Made by a program: the position numbers and the translations under genes. DNA of 64,000 nt, taken from Minutocellus sp. GHC0000111 (taxonomy: Eukaryota). Numbering within the stretch: position 1 is the first letter of the stretch; each line of letters starts with the position of its first letter. This document shows, piece after piece, positions 1 through 12,810 of the stretch. A model generated the notes under the pieces. That model saw nothing but the letters and a program-made list of their open reading frames with translations. It was not told the DNA's origin and made no database searches. Location: the NCBI GenBank assembly GCA_977018835.1, contig OZ361256.1, positions 4,402,001 to 4,466,000 of the forward strand, in the 5' to 3' direction.

Positions 1-90
1 ATCGTTTTTAGAATTTCTTTGAAATACGAGAAGAATTTCTAATGCTGATAGTTTAGTCTACTCGCTACCGGTACTACATAGTAATTTATT

Positions 91-3000
91 CTACTCAGAG
101 CAAGTACAGTTGGCCAACTCCATCACACTCGACTGCAGCAATACACTTTGGAAGATTCTATAAACATCGGGGTTGGTAACCTCGAGCTGATCCATTCTCT
201 CGTGGGATATCTTTGCCAAAATTGTCCCATCCTGTGAGGCAATCACACCGAAGGTACGTGGCCGCTCCAGGAGAAAGTCGACATATCCAAAAATAGTGCC
301 AATCTGCAAAATGGCTCGGATGTCTCCGATTTCCTTCGCTTTTCGCAGAGTTCGCAACGGACTTTGGCTCATCTGCACCTGACCCGCACCAGAAACAATG
401 GTGGAATTTTGGTTCGGCTTGATGTAGTCTTCCCTGACTAAGGCCACAGCGCCCTTGAGGACGATGAAGAAAGCATCGGAGTTCGCATCGCGTCGGTAAA
501 TTACGTCTCCTTCCTGACACACCACCTCTTCGTGAAATTCCTGATTCTCCAGCACGGAAAGTTTCGATAGCTCGGAATCATGGAGGCCAAGACATGTGAA
601 AATATATGTGGCAGCGTCTCCTTTGGAACGCTAGCTCCTACATTATCCATGGGCCCAATCAATTCATCAAGACGGATAAAAGATGGTCGCTTCGAAGTAA
701 TCTCTTGGGTCAATTTCTGGATCATTAGATTTTCGCAAAATTCCAGAGCCTCGTGCACGGTGAGAAAAAGAATTACTCTCTCCGTTTCTTCCACTTCGGA
801 CTCTGCGTCAAGGAGCGACTGTTTCACTTGCTCCTCTTCTTCTAGAGCGTACGCAACGTCGTGCGAGCGCATCATCCACTCGACTCTTGGGAGCGCACTC
901 GTCGCGCAGACTACAATGCCTCGCTTGGCACACATCTTGGCAAGCTGCAGGAAACACCCACGGGCAGCCGATGCGTCCAAGTTGTTGAGGTGGGATAAAT
1001 CCAGAACAACATAGTCAGGGCGACGTCGGATGTTTGGCTGGATTAAATTGCGACCAGTGAAGGAATGGTTCTTCGCTAGACGTGGATGTCCTCGAGGGCC
1101 AGGACTTGCCATGGTCAGCTCTTGAGTCTCTTCTTGTGTGGCCTCCAATCCAATATCCTCGCTAATATTCTGAAGTAGCTGGATTGAGCTCCCAAAAAAA
1201 AGAGATCCTTTAATCTCAAAGGTCACAATTTTCGCCACTCTACCATACGCATTGTCCTGAAGTAATTTCCAGTCCTCTGCGTGGAAAGGAAAGATAGGAG
1301 GAAAATTGCGATGACAAGATGTGAGGGAGAACTCGGTGCCAAGGTCAGATCATTGATCGTGTTTATCACAACTCAACGACTCCCCGGGTTGGAAAAGACC
1401 AAACTTACCGGGCTTCCATACCGCTCTCGATCGCTTCACCACTCGTGTGACCGTTGTCACTTGGGCGGTGGTTACCACGTGATCAATTATTGCTACAACC
1501 ACACCAAAAAGTATGCCAGCATCAATACCAATAATATGAATCGCTATAAACGTAGCGATGAGAACCAGATACTCTGTGAGAAGCAATTTTTCTCGAACCT
1601 CCCACAGCCATTCGTAGAGGAGATCCCAACCGATGAAGATTAGTGTTGCTGTATGTGTATTGTAAAAAAAAATATTTCGCTCGGGATTAGTAAGAGGAAA
1701 CTGAGGGAGTAAATCCATTATAGTGCTCAAGGAAGGCAAGCTTGCAAGCTTTATTTTGCACTCACCTCCAAGGAAGAACAAGGGTAACACGCTGAGGAAA
1801 TTGACTTTCGATACAACATCCGCAATGAACATAATCATGATGAAAATACCAACCCACTTGGATCTGCATCCAGTCCGATAAGCAAAAATCGTCTGGGAGA
1901 ATATATAACTGCCAGTAAAACCGATAGTACAACCACTCATGAGATTGCAGATGCCCACGGTGGCCAATTCTTTGTTTGTGTCGAGGGCCTCACCCATGTC
2001 CATGCTGATTGCTGCAACATCCAAGCAACTGGCAAAGGATACGACGAATACCATGCCAATCCATGTTGCCAAAATTTTGCTAATGAGACGCCAGTGGACA
2101 AGAGAAAAGTCGATGAGGTGAAATAAGTCAGTGACTGGGACGGCGGGCATTTCTTCCCCTACCCAACCTTGCGCGCGAGCACCTTCGATTCCAGCCCCCG
2201 TCGAAAAGATTATGATGTAAAATATGACAGGAATGATCACCATTGTCAAAGGTAGCGTCGCATCGGATTGGGCATTACGTGAAATAAGCGTGAGAAGCAA
2301 ACCTGTGAGGAGACCGGGAATTGCAAGGAGCAAATTATGCGGATCCAGCAGGTACGCCCAGTCTTTGAGTTCCATCATAGACTCTGAAATACACAGGGCC
2401 GTCCCTGCCATCAAACAAAAGTATCCTATGAATGCCAGATATCCACCAACAACGGGCATGGGAAGATACGCCACGGCATCGGCCAATCGGAAACGCCCCA
2501 TGAGCATTAGGATGGCCCCGAGGAAGGCTGTGCCCATTGGCAGCAGCACCTATGTTGTCGACAGAACTTCCTCCGCCGTACCTCCATTCGATAGAATTTC
2601 CTCGGCCAATATGTTGGACATCGCGCTCAGGAAAATAAGGCCGGCATCTTGGACGGTACCGATTGCAAAGGGCAGCAGAGTACTGAACAACGTAAAGCCC
2701 AGCTGGTGAATACAGCTACTGAAAATTACCAAATTCGGAAGTGCGTTCATGTAATCAGCGAAGACTGGGTGGTTGAAGATAACCGATGAGTATCCATAGA
2801 GGCCTGGCACCGAGATGATGATGTTGACGACCGCATAGATGATGTAGGAGAGGAATCCTCCCCTCTTCTTTTCATCAGCTGCGGCGGCTGTTGTTGCGGA
2901 TCTTTTCCTCGGACTTGGTCTGCGACCAGTGTCGTCGCAGCAATCACGGTCATTCTGTGTGATGGGTACCAAATAACCTTCCGTCGACGACTTTTCTCCG

Positions 3001-3356
3001 CCCTGGCTTGCCGACCGCCCCAGCCCTCTCAGGAGAGGCGTGGTATCCTGAGCTGAAAAGGCCCTCTGATGAGAAGCCCTCCCGCTACCGGTATTGTCGG
3101 TTGTGTCTGACATCCTCATGGCACCGTGGCCGGTAGCGACGGCCGAGCCCCCGTGAGGCGACCGGCCGACCTTGGGCGTTCCCGAGATGCTATTTCCGCG
3201 TTCCCGCGAGACGGGAGGGTGGATCACTCGAGCACAACTCGAGGATGCATCGGATGTGCCGGAAACCGAGGTCGCAGGTCGGCGACTTCCGGATTCTACA
3301 TCCTCATCCGATGGTGCCGAGGCTGGTAGAGAGCCGTATCCATTCTTACTCTTCAT
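91..3356 (-). CDS. SulP/SLC26-family anion transporter with STAS and cyclic-nucleotide-binding domains (Vsb1/YGR125W-like); interrupted
   Basis: Joins ORFs 2550..3356, 1350..2549, 501..1238 and 91..555. Motifs include AYLPMPVVGGYLAFIG, the STAS segments IKGSLFFGSS and VVLDLSHLNNLDASAA, and cNMP AFFIVLKG...GTIFGYVDFLL. GT-AG introns at 1765..1649 and 1408..1277. In-frame TAG at 2550-2552 and a 1-nt frameshift near 588. Confidence 0.88.
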
Positions 3357-3603
3357 CGCTAATGTGATACAATATCACGGAGCTCTTTGTGGGGCGCGGT
3401 GCTGACGCACTGTTGATCAAGATCAGAAGGCGTCGGCGGCGTGCGAAGCTTGCTGCCTTGCTGCCTCTCGTCTCGTGTTCTCTGCATGGCGATGGCAGGA
3501 TGGCTGGAGGATGCGGCAGGCCAGCTGGCTGGCTGGATGATGCTTGCACCCTTTACGACTCACTCGACTGACTTGACGACTGAGGGAACTGACCGAGCCT
3601 CTC

Positions 3604-3695
3604 AGGGCAAGGTCGATACAGCGTTGACAAAACCAGCCTACCGGTACATAGGGCAAGGTCGATACAGCGTTGACAAAACCAGCCTACCGGTACAT
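3604..3695. repeat. Perfect 46-bp tandem duplication
   Basis: AGGGCAAGGTCGATACAGCGTTGACAAAACCAGCCTACCGGTACAT at 3604-3649 and 3650-3695. Confidence 0.95.
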
Positions 3696-3759
3696 GTATG
3701 AATCAATGTCTATCGCATTTGTTCGATAGCAGTTCGTTAAAATTTATATCTACTTACTA

Positions 3760-6700
3760 TCATGCCTGCACCCTCAAAGCCGCAACCTCCTCCTTTTCCT
3801 GCAGCAGCGCCATGACGTCCTGCGCCTTCCTTGCGGCACCCCAGCTGCCATATAAAGTCAGTGCCTTCTCGAGCTGTTCCTTGCCCTCCGAATCGTTGCC
3901 GATCTCATATAAATACAAACCATATCGTTCGCATGCCAAGGCTTGCTCGTTGATGAAGTTGTGCTCCTCGGCCTTGGCAATGGCGGCTTCATATGCCTCG
4001 CAGGCATTCTCAGCGTCGCCCCTCAAGGCGGCATCCTCAGCGGCCAGTAGCTCGTACTTATTTCGGAAGTTCCACTCGGAACCTTGCTCGGCACTCGTCC
4101 TCATTTGGTCCATCGACCTCTTCGCAATGCCTGTCCACTTTTCGTTTTCTTCTGGCCGGAAATCGGTGCCTTGTCGTAGAATAGCGAATGCAATGAGGCC
4201 GCGATAGAACGTTTCGTACGTATCGTAGATGGTGTCCATCTTGGAGAGGAAGAATAAGTCTTTAATCAATGATCGGTGGCTCTCCTCAAGGTCGGCGGCA
4301 TCATCGTAGCGCCGAAACAGGTACGACAGGTACATTCGACAATAGTAAAACAACCTAATGACATTGTGCATTGGTCGATCTGAGAACTCGGCGAGGAGAG
4401 TGGCCTGGTCCATACCTTCACCATTGAGCATGGTAGGATCATCGCCGTCCTCGGAGGCATTAGAGCCCGACGCAGCAGGTCCTCGCAGATTCAATACTGT
4501 TTGGAAAACCAAAAGGTTGACCTGCAACATATAATGCTTGTACGTGGTCAACTCGCGGATGTTGATGCGCATTTCTGATTCCAGGTCGTCAAGATTCTTG
4601 CCGCAGAAGAGCCCGACCTGACTTACGCGCGGCAAAATAGACAACGCCCAGTCGGCATCGCCACCTCTCATTCCAAGCTCGTAGGAATGTTTGATCTGCT
4701 CTAAGCATGCTTGGATCGGCTGGGTATAGGCAAACAAACAATGGTTGAGCATGGCAACGATGACGGGAGCGAATTTGTCGAATCGTTTGATCAACTCCAT
4801 TGATATCGTTGCACATTTTCGTTCAAGATCCAGAGACCGGTGTTCGATGAAAACAGCACAAAACGATGATAGTGATGTGAATCCATAAGCCGACTCTGGT
4901 GTGATTCCGGACAATAGAGTAATTTGGACCATCCTGAATACAAGTAGCGCGTAGAGGTAGGGCGACACAAAGTATGAGCATTTCGCAGCAAGGAGTAAGA
5001 ATCGCATGGCTTCGACCTTGTTGGGATTTGTAGCTGTTGCCATCCCGCCTATGATAGTTTCGTTGGTGGCATCGATCAGGGTTCTGGTAGTGTTGAAAGC
5101 AGTCCTTGCCTCGGCCTCAGTAGGATCTGCCAAGAAGACCTCTCCAAGCTCATTTAGTACATTCATCGATAAGTCTAGAGCCTTTTCCATCTTTGCTTGT
5201 GCAATGAATGCAATGGCGCATGCATGGTACGCCCTCAGCTTGCCCTCAACGCTTTTGCCATTCGAGAGGACGTGGTTGATGGCCACTATGGCACCGTCGT
5301 AATCTGCATGTGCTAGCTGACTTTCCGCACAAATCGTGAAAAGTCGAAGGCAGAGGTTGTAGTGAGTAGTCCAGTCTTCTTCTCGTATCAGCACAGTCCC
5401 TTGTGCCAAATAGATCGAAGCTTGGAGAAAGGAGCTATTAGCCATCGCCTTCTCTCCGGCCTTCAAGTTGAGCTGCGCGACGATGAGTTCTTCGTTGTGG
5501 TTCGTTAACTTGCGCGAACCTCGATTCATTTGATCCACAATTGTAAAGACAACGGCGTCAACATGCGTTGGCGGTATCTGTTGGAGAAGTTGTCGACCGA
5601 CTGCAGGAGAAAATGCAAAAATGGGAATTGCGCATGAGTAACTTAAAGGCAAATGTAAGCGAGGTATACGAAAGAGGGGTAATTTACATCGCCACTCGCC
5701 ACTTACTCTTCAAGTGCATATCCTCACGCTCTTCGACCGGAGTCAGCTCATAGCATGCCTGCCAGATCTGGTCATGGCTGAACTTGTACGTAGGACCAGA
5801 TTGAATAAGCATGCCGTCGGACGTCATCTCTCCCAATTGGTTCAGAAGCTCTTGTTGGCTGCATCCTGAGTACTGCGAACACAGCATCATCATGGTTGTC
5901 TCATCAAACGATGATCCCAAGCACGATGCCATTCGTAAAAGGTCTCGATTCTTTGCTCCATATGATTTCATCATTTTGTCAACAAGAAGGTCAACGGCGT
6001 TGTCAGCGATCGCTTTGAGCTGAATGGCTTGCAAGATTCCACTGCCACCGACGGGCGATGGCGGAGTAGCTGAGTAACTTTTCGTCGACAAGGGCTCTCA
6101 TGAGTTGTTTGACGAACATGGGGTTTCCGCGCGTCTTGGTGTGCAGGGCATTTGATAGAGGCAGAGTATGCTGCGGAGGCTGGCCGAGAGTGGCGCTCAC
6201 CAGTTCGTTCACGTTCGATACCGATAGATTTTCAAGCGAAATGTTGGACATTGGCACAGCTGCCATCGCAATCTCCCCGAGACATTCTTTTACTCTCGTT
6301 GTCACGATAAGTCCCGACGAAGAGAATGGAACTGGACATGGTATCGGTGACGAGCTTAGAGACCAGCTCCAGACATTGCTCATTAGCCCATTGCATGTCG
6401 TCAAAAACCATGCAGACTGGATGTTGTGTTGATGCAATGGCCCTGACGAAATCACGCACGTGATACACAATCCTTTGCATCTCTTGCCGACCTTCGTCAT
6501 GGTGGTCATCGCCCTTGGCATCGTCAATGTCGCCAATAACATCGCCCAAACTTGGAATGAGATCCTTGAGAACAACCGCATCGGCACCAAGCGCTTCCTT
6601 GACATTGTCCCTCACTTCGGCAAGCACGCCCGGATCACCCCGGAGCAGTTGTTTGCAATACTCGTCGAACGCCTTGAAAATGAGCGGCGATCGCGCTTGC

Positions 6701-8212
6701 AGCCGACCGCGGACATCGAACTTGGTCCATATCAGCATCGCCTTCTGGTCGGCCAGCTGAGGACGGATCTGATCGACCAGCTCCGACTTGCCACTGCCGG
6801 GATAGCCCGATACCAGCACCAGTCCCCTTTTGTTGGGAATGACCTTGTCGAGCGATTCTCGGAGGGCATGGATGTGCTCCTCCCGCCCGTACAGCTTGCC
6901 CTCCGGGAACCGAAGCTGTCCATCTGCCGACGGTGCCGCGGAGGATGTGACGATGTCGATTTCTGGAGAGGCGCTGCCATTTCCGTGGACACCGTCCGCT
7001 GGCAGACACCCACGCTTGTTGGTTCCCGTCTCCGACGACAGAGCGGCGTCTGGTGACGGTCGCTGGGTGATAACATCGACTCCGACAGGCTGCGGTTGCG
7101 ATAGCTGGCCCTGATCCGACGGCAGGGAAAGAGGCACCGGCTCAATGGCGGAAGCGTCGATGGCACCTCCCGTGCCGTTACTGACGCCATTTTCCGAAGC
7201 AGCACCAAAGTCCGAGGCATCGACGTCGTTTAGATCGGTCGCCGTCGCCAGCATCTCCAAAAGGTCGACGTCGACATCGTCAATGGCCCCGTCCAGCAGT
7301 GCCGCGGCAGCCGCGGCCGCCGACGAGTCATCGGGATCCACCAGATGTGCCGGAGCCGACGCCGCATGTGCATAATGGTTGGGCGGATACTGGTCCTGTG
7401 CCGGATACCCGGTTTCATAATGCATGCCCTGACTGGCACTACCGCTGCCGTCGTACTCGAAGGGATGGGCTCCTGAATGGGCTGCGGGATGGGCTCCGAC
7501 CGACGAGGACACCGCGGGCGTCGGCACCTGCTGCTGCTGATAATGATGTTCGTCCGAACTCGTCGATCCAGCCGCAGCCGCAGAAGTAGCAGAAGCCTGC
7601 TGCTGCCTCCCCCGCTTGGGTGGGTTGCGCTTCTGCCTCAGCCCCTGCTTGATCTTGACCCCGATGTCCTTCCGATCCATCTCCTTCCAGTACGACGTCC
7701 GCTCCTCTTGCTCCCCCTTGGCCCGATCCTTCTTGCGATTGGGTCCCTTGACCAGCTGCAGAAATCGTCCGCTGCCCGCACCGCAAAGTTCGTCGTAAAT
7801 CTTGTCGACGACGACCTGCTTCTCGCGGAAGGACTTGCACGACGTATACTCGTCCCGATGGGCCTCGCACGAACGTGGCGTTTCCGGGGTTGGAATAGTT
7901 GCCCCGGCCGCACAGAATGTCGGTCGGACGAAGGTCGGCGGATGTGATGCATCCCGCCATTATTTGGGGGTCGTCGGTATCAGGGGATGTACTAGTCGAT
8001 TGCGGCATTTGCTGGGCATACTGAGCATGGACCGCGGCCGCCCTCGCTTCTGCTGCGTTTGCGTTGGCACCCGCCGCCGCCGCCGAGGCGTCTTGGGCCG
8101 AGTAGTCGTAGTAATGCGCCTGTGGATGCTGCTGCGGCTGATTACCAGTGCCGCCATTGTCCCAATCATCACCGAAGTAATCGGCCAGATATTCCCCGGC
8201 GTCTTCCTCCAT
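3760..8212 (-). CDS. DUF6824-like domain + STAND-class AAA ATPase + TPR-like helical protein; three frameshifts
   Basis: Starts MEEDAGEY at 8212. N-terminal motifs DILCGRG..PGN..GRFL..W.E..KIKQGLR. Walker A GYPGSGKS, Walker B VFDDMQWA, then GTYRDNE, KTRGNPMFV, YKFSHDQI and a helical C-terminus ending YGSWGAARK. Intron 5706..5601. Frame breaks near 7870, 6294 and 6035. Confidence 0.82.
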
Positions 8213-8812
8213 GGTTCCAGTTTGGGTTATGCAAGGCAAAGGTGCCCCGTCGGTCAATCGGTCGGTCGGTCGGTCGGAAAGGAAAAGAGCCGAGGCCTTC
8301 AGCCTTCCAGGCCGCACAAACACAAGATGTGCTGGTTTTCGTCTGTCAACTTGCGTGGAAAAAAGAGCCAAAGATACGCAAGCTCCAAAGCAGCACGCTG
8401 TGGGAAATTTGCACACCACTGCTGGCAGTGTAATGCTGCAGTACGCTAATGGCCGGTTGTATTGGCTGGTTGGTGCCGGGGCAGTAGGCCACGAGCTGGA
8501 AAGCAAAAGATGGAGCGACTGATGACATGTGAGTGGTTGGGCGGTGCAGCGGTCGGTTGTAATGACGAAGAAAAAAGAAAGAGACGTCAGAAAGAAAGGA
8601 GAGAAAGAAAGCGAAGTTGTTCTTTTGGATTCTCGGCGCCTGTTCTTTTTTTCTCGCGGCCCTCGCCTCGCCTCGTCCCTTGTCAGTTCAACCTTGCAGG
8701 TTATTGGTGTTGCTTCCTTCCAGCTAGCTAAGAGCAGGCAGTTCTTTCTTTTGCGCAGCATCGCATTACAAAACACTTGCTGTATTGTATTTATATCTCG
8801 TCCCAAACGAGC

Positions 8813-9727
8813 ATGAGCACCTCGCGCACATTCATGCCGGGTCTCGTCAGGGAGGCATGTGTGGCGGGCTCCTGGCACACGGCCGGGACACCCGACCGCA
8901 TCCGTTCCGAGGTGGACGGCACCACCGTGGACTTTGCGTGGAGGGCGGTCGGTTCCAGCGTGTACAACGTCACGGCCAAGGGGGCAGTGAAAGTGACGGG
9001 CATGACATCCCATGGTCTGCCCATCTTTGATTACGAATCCTTCAGCGTCCGATGCTCCTGTCCCGACGGCGAGCGGCAGCACGCGTCGAGTCAGGCCACC
9101 CAACGACTGTATGTGTGCAAGCATGCCAAGTCATCGTTGGACTCGGTGCTGGATCCAAGTGCCATAGCAGAACTGACAATCAAGGCGGAGGAGGCTGCCG
9201 CAAAGGCCAAGGCAGAGGCCGAACGACGAGCCACATGTGAGAAGGAACAGCGGACGTTGCAGGACCGCGACATGCCTGGGGAGCGAGAACGGATTGAGTA
9301 TGGTCTGTCCAAGCGAAGCGATGCGGCAATAGTGTCTATGATCAAGGAGGCCACCAAGACGGCGGAGGGACTGGAGGCTTTGACCAAGGTATTTCCCAAG
9401 GAGGTCATGCCGCCGAAGAAGGCAGTGAAATGCGGCCGTTGCGGCAAAGAGTACGACCCTCAGGTAGCCTCCGACACCGTGTGCCGCGAGGAGCACCCAT
9501 ACGATCGAAGCCGGACCATGTGGGATACGTCCAAGAAATCATGGGAGCACTGCCGCCGGTGCAACAAGGACTTTAACTTGGATGGATTCCATTCCTGGGG
9601 GAAGAGGAAGAGGGATGATCCCGAGGATGAGGGTCCATACTGCTACGAGACGACACACGTTCCAGAGGACGAGTATGATGCTGACAATGATCCCATTATG
9701 GAGAACTTGGACAATAGCGATTATTAG
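8813..9727 (+). CDS. SWIM-type zinc finger protein
   Basis: VRCSCPD...VCKH SWIM signature plus further CxxC pairs (CGRC, CRRC). Uninterrupted; first ATG at 8813. Confidence 0.75.
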   Translation: MSTSRTFMPGLVREACVAGSWHTAGTPDRIRSEVDGTTVDFAWRAVGSSVYNVTAKGAVKVTGMTSHGLPIFDYESFSVRCSCPDGERQHASSQATQRLYVCKHAKSSLDSVLDPSAIAELTIKAEEAAAKAKAEAERRATCEKEQRTLQDRDMPGERERIEYGLSKRSDAAIVSMIKEATKTAEGLEALTKVFPKEVMPPKKAVKCGRCGKEYDPQVASDTVCREEHPYDRSRTMWDTSKKSWEHCRRCNKDFNLDGFHSWGKRKRDDPEDEGPYCYETTHVPEDEYDADNDPIMENLDNSDY

Positions 9728-9799
9728 GTATTAATATTTCAAATCATGATTTTGCAGCGCGGCAGTGGATAAAATATTTATATGATAAATTTTACATTT

Positions 9800-10918
9800 C
9801 TATTCATCATCGTCCAATTCAATGTTCAGCTCCTTTAGCAAGTGTTCCATAACCTTATCAACTCTCTCCTTGATGATAAGGGTGGCATCGTCATCCAGCG
9901 GCGTCACCTGGAGATTCACAATGACAAACTTCTTTGCCCTCAGCGGCAACGAACCGGCCGGTTCAATCCTAAGCGACGTTCCCAACGCCAGAACAAGATC
10001 AGCAGCCTCGCACTCATCCTGTGATCTGTCCCAATCCTCCTCGGGCAGGGCATCGTCCCAGTCCAATATGGTATCACGCAAATCACCGCCACAATCCTTC
10101 TGAGTGCACTGCCGCCCAGTCTTTTGGAACGACACACCACCCAGATCGAAATCCCGAAAGTATTCCTCCCCGCATCGCTCGCACTTTTCGGTAAAGACAC
10201 ATCCGTGCAGGACGGCATGCTTGGACCGGGGCAGGCCCGATCGGCGGTGCAGTCCGTCCACATTTTGCGTAACGACAAATTTGATAATATCTAGGGAAGC
10301 CAGTTTGGTCAATGCCCGATGGGTAAAGGTTGGCCTGGCACTCTCGAAGGAGGGAGATGTGGATTCCTTGAGCGCGGTAGCGGCAGATGTCCCATTATTG
10401 TCGTTACCACCGCCGTCTCCAACATCACCCTCATCATCAACAGGCTTTCTCTTTGCAGCCGATGCCGACGACGCTGCCCTTGATGGCGAGTTGTAAAACT
10501 CCGATACCTTCCCGCCAACACATTGCGGCTTTGCTTTGCTTGTGCTACCAACGTCGGAGGTGGTAGCTGTCTCATTATCGGCACCTGTCTCCTTGGCATC
10601 GGCGGCGATCTCTTGTTTCTTCGTCCCCTTCTTTGTATTCTTCTTCTGCCTCTTCCTCTTGCGCTCCTCCTTGTCCTTGGCCTTCTTCTCCTCATCTTCG
10701 ACGGTCCATATGCCCTTTGGACCTCGAAAGTCGGGAATCCCAGCGCTCGTCGATACGCCGGCGCCTGTGAGCACAACAATATGCCGGGACTCCTTCACCA
10801 GCTCGACCAGCTTCCCCAATTTGATTTTGATGGAGCGGGACGATTCGAACGATTCCGGAAGGCCACACACGCCGTAGTTGTACTCCGATAGACGGTTGGC
10901 ATAACCACCGGAGGACAT
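9800..10918 (-). CDS. SIRT6: NAD-dependent deacetylase, class IV sirtuin (SIRT6/SRT1-like)
   Basis: GYANRLS..GVCGLPE N-terminus, TGAGVSTSAGIPDFRGPKGIWT, TQNVDGLH, LHG, Zn-ribbon cysteines, DTILDWDD, GTSLRI, IVNLQ. Confidence 0.92.
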   Translation of the reverse strand: MSSGGYANRLSEYNYGVCGLPESFESSRSIKIKLGKLVELVKESRHIVVLTGAGVSTSAGIPDFRGPKGIWTVEDEEKKAKDKEERKRKRQKKNTKKGTKKQEIAADAKETGADNETATTSDVGSTSKAKPQCVGGKVSEFYNSPSRAASSASAAKRKPVDDEGDVGDGGGNDNNGTSAATALKESTSPSFESARPTFTHRALTKLASLDIIKFVVTQNVDGLHRRSGLPRSKHAVLHGCVFTEKCERCGEEYFRDFDLGGVSFQKTGRQCTQKDCGGDLRDTILDWDDALPEEDWDRSQDECEAADLVLALGTSLRIEPAGSLPLRAKKFVIVNLQVTPLDDDATLIIKERVDKVMEHLLKELNIELDDDE

Positions 10919-11231
10919 GATATTTGAAATTAATTTGGTGGACGAGAAGAATGAGGGAGGTTGCAGTCGTTGCGGTGGGTTGTGCTGGTTTTCGAGTTTG
11001 GTCGGAACGGCCCTGGCCGGACGATCGGGCAATGTATACTAGTACCAACAGAGACAATCACAAAGAGAGAAAATACCGCCACCGCACAGCCAAACGCCGA
11101 AAATTGACCAAGTGACCGGCCGACGCGTGCCGAGCAACGTCACACAGAAAATAAAATAATTGCATTTTCCGGCGCGGAACGACCGACGACCGACCTTCGC
11201 CATTCCTTTCCTTGCTTGTCTGCCGCATTAC

Positions 11232-12722
11232 ATGCCAGCCATCATGTCGCTCATTCAACAGCGATCACCTGCCGGCACATCATGTATATTCTGCTCCTCG
11301 TCGCCTACCCGACGCTCCAAGCGATCAAAGAAGAGGAGCGGTACTACCACAAACAACATGTGCTCACCGAGTAATAGCCGCGGGAAAACGGCCACATTCA
11401 TGTTTTGCTTACTGACCCTCCTTCGCATATCGCTATCTCAGTCCACAACAAACACCGAAGATATTGCCGACACCTTGCACGAAGCACCGAAGTTTCCTCC
11501 GCATTCCCCCTGCGACTGCTACGAGCAACCGGCCGACAGCCAATTCCGCGGCAAGGGGGCACGGATAGCCTACCTCATCGAAGCGCACAATCAACGGACC
11601 ATTGACGATACCGTGCACTTGTTTCGCTCGATACGATATCCGGGAAACATTGTTCTGATCCACATCGATACCAAATTTCCCATGTCTTCGTACGAGCAGT
11701 CGACGCTGGCGGCCGAAATCGAGCACTGCAAATGCGGCTCCGACGTGCTGGTGGAAAGCAAGTTCAGTCCCAATTGGGGCAAGTGGGACATGAACGATCC
11801 GACGCATCATGCTATGGACTTGTTGACGTTCGATAAGCGATTTAAAGGCAATTGGGATGTGTTTATGAACTTGAGTGGTGATACCATGCCAGTATTGACG
11901 CCGGACCGCATGGCGGAATTGTTCGATCCGCTGGTCGGTCCGTTGCGGGGGATCAACTTTGTCACTGCTGCGGCATGTGAGACGGGATTGCACCCAACGA
12001 GCGTTTGGGAGTTCCCATCGGAATGGCATAAGCGAGCTCACTATACCCACGACATTGACGGGGAGTACGTTGGTGCATCGATATTGGACTATGTGGATGA
12101 TGAGGGCAACGAACGAAGTCAAAAGATGGACACGTATTTTGGCAGCCAGTGGATGTCACTGCAGCCAGACTTTGTTGAGTGGTTGGCCAAAAGTCTAAAG
12201 AGGGAAGATTCGTTGCCCAGTGTGTATCGAGATGAGTTTTTGGATACCGATCGACTCATGAGCGATGAAACGTTTGTTTCGACTCTGCTCATGCATATGG
12301 CGCCCTTCAATGAGACTTTACCCAAGTTATTGAGCCGAGGCAACGTGGCATCCTTTCCGAAAATTTATGCAACAAGATATGAGCGAATGGACGAACATTA
12401 CCCCACTGCTTTTGGTCTTTATCCTGAAGATCAGCGCTACGATGTGCCAGAGTCATCGCTGGCCGATAAGCCACGCGTTTGGGGACCATACTTTTTGGGA
12501 GTATACGATTTGGCCAAAATTATTGACAGCGGTGCTCTCTTTATTAGAAAAGTGAGCATGACGGTGGATCCAAATATTGTTCGACTGCTGCCAGTTAGGG
12601 ATTGGTCGGAATTGCCATACATAGGTTGGCCGGATGAGATCAAGATCACTGACAAGCCCAATTGGGAGAAGAAGAAGGCCGAGCTCATTAAAAGTACAAG
12701 GAGAAGAAGAGGAGGGAGATGA
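11232..12722 (+). CDS. GT14 (core-2/I-branching, xylosyltransferase-like) glycosyltransferase
   Basis: Hydrophobic anchor FMFCLLTLL, then IAYLIEAH, IHID, WDVFMNLSGDTMP, YFGSQW, SDETF, LFIRK. Start codon uncertain (11232, 11244 or 11358). Confidence 0.8.
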   Translation: MPAIMSLIQQRSPAGTSCIFCSSSPTRRSKRSKKRSGTTTNNMCSPSNSRGKTATFMFCLLTLLRISLSQSTTNTEDIADTLHEAPKFPPHSPCDCYEQPADSQFRGKGARIAYLIEAHNQRTIDDTVHLFRSIRYPGNIVLIHIDTKFPMSSYEQSTLAAEIEHCKCGSDVLVESKFSPNWGKWDMNDPTHHAMDLLTFDKRFKGNWDVFMNLSGDTMPVLTPDRMAELFDPLVGPLRGINFVTAAACETGLHPTSVWEFPSEWHKRAHYTHDIDGEYVGASILDYVDDEGNERSQKMDTYFGSQWMSLQPDFVEWLAKSLKREDSLPSVYRDEFLDTDRLMSDETFVSTLLMHMAPFNETLPKLLSRGNVASFPKIYATRYERMDEHYPTAFGLYPEDQRYDVPESSLADKPRVWGPYFLGVYDLAKIIDSGALFIRKVSMTVDPNIVRLLPVRDWSELPYIGWPDEIKITDKPNWEKKKAELIKSTRRRRGGR

Positions 12723-12810
12723 AGGAAGAAAGGACCTAATATGTAGTGCGAACTCTTCAACTCTCTTCACGCCTTTTCTTCCTGCTACTGCGCACGTACG
12801 TACAAATACA

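Noticed and set aside
7439..9124. 561-aa minus-strand ORF as one gene
   Set aside because: It is a chimera of antisense SWIM sequence, intergenic DNA and the true STAND-gene start at 8212, running out of frame after about 7870.
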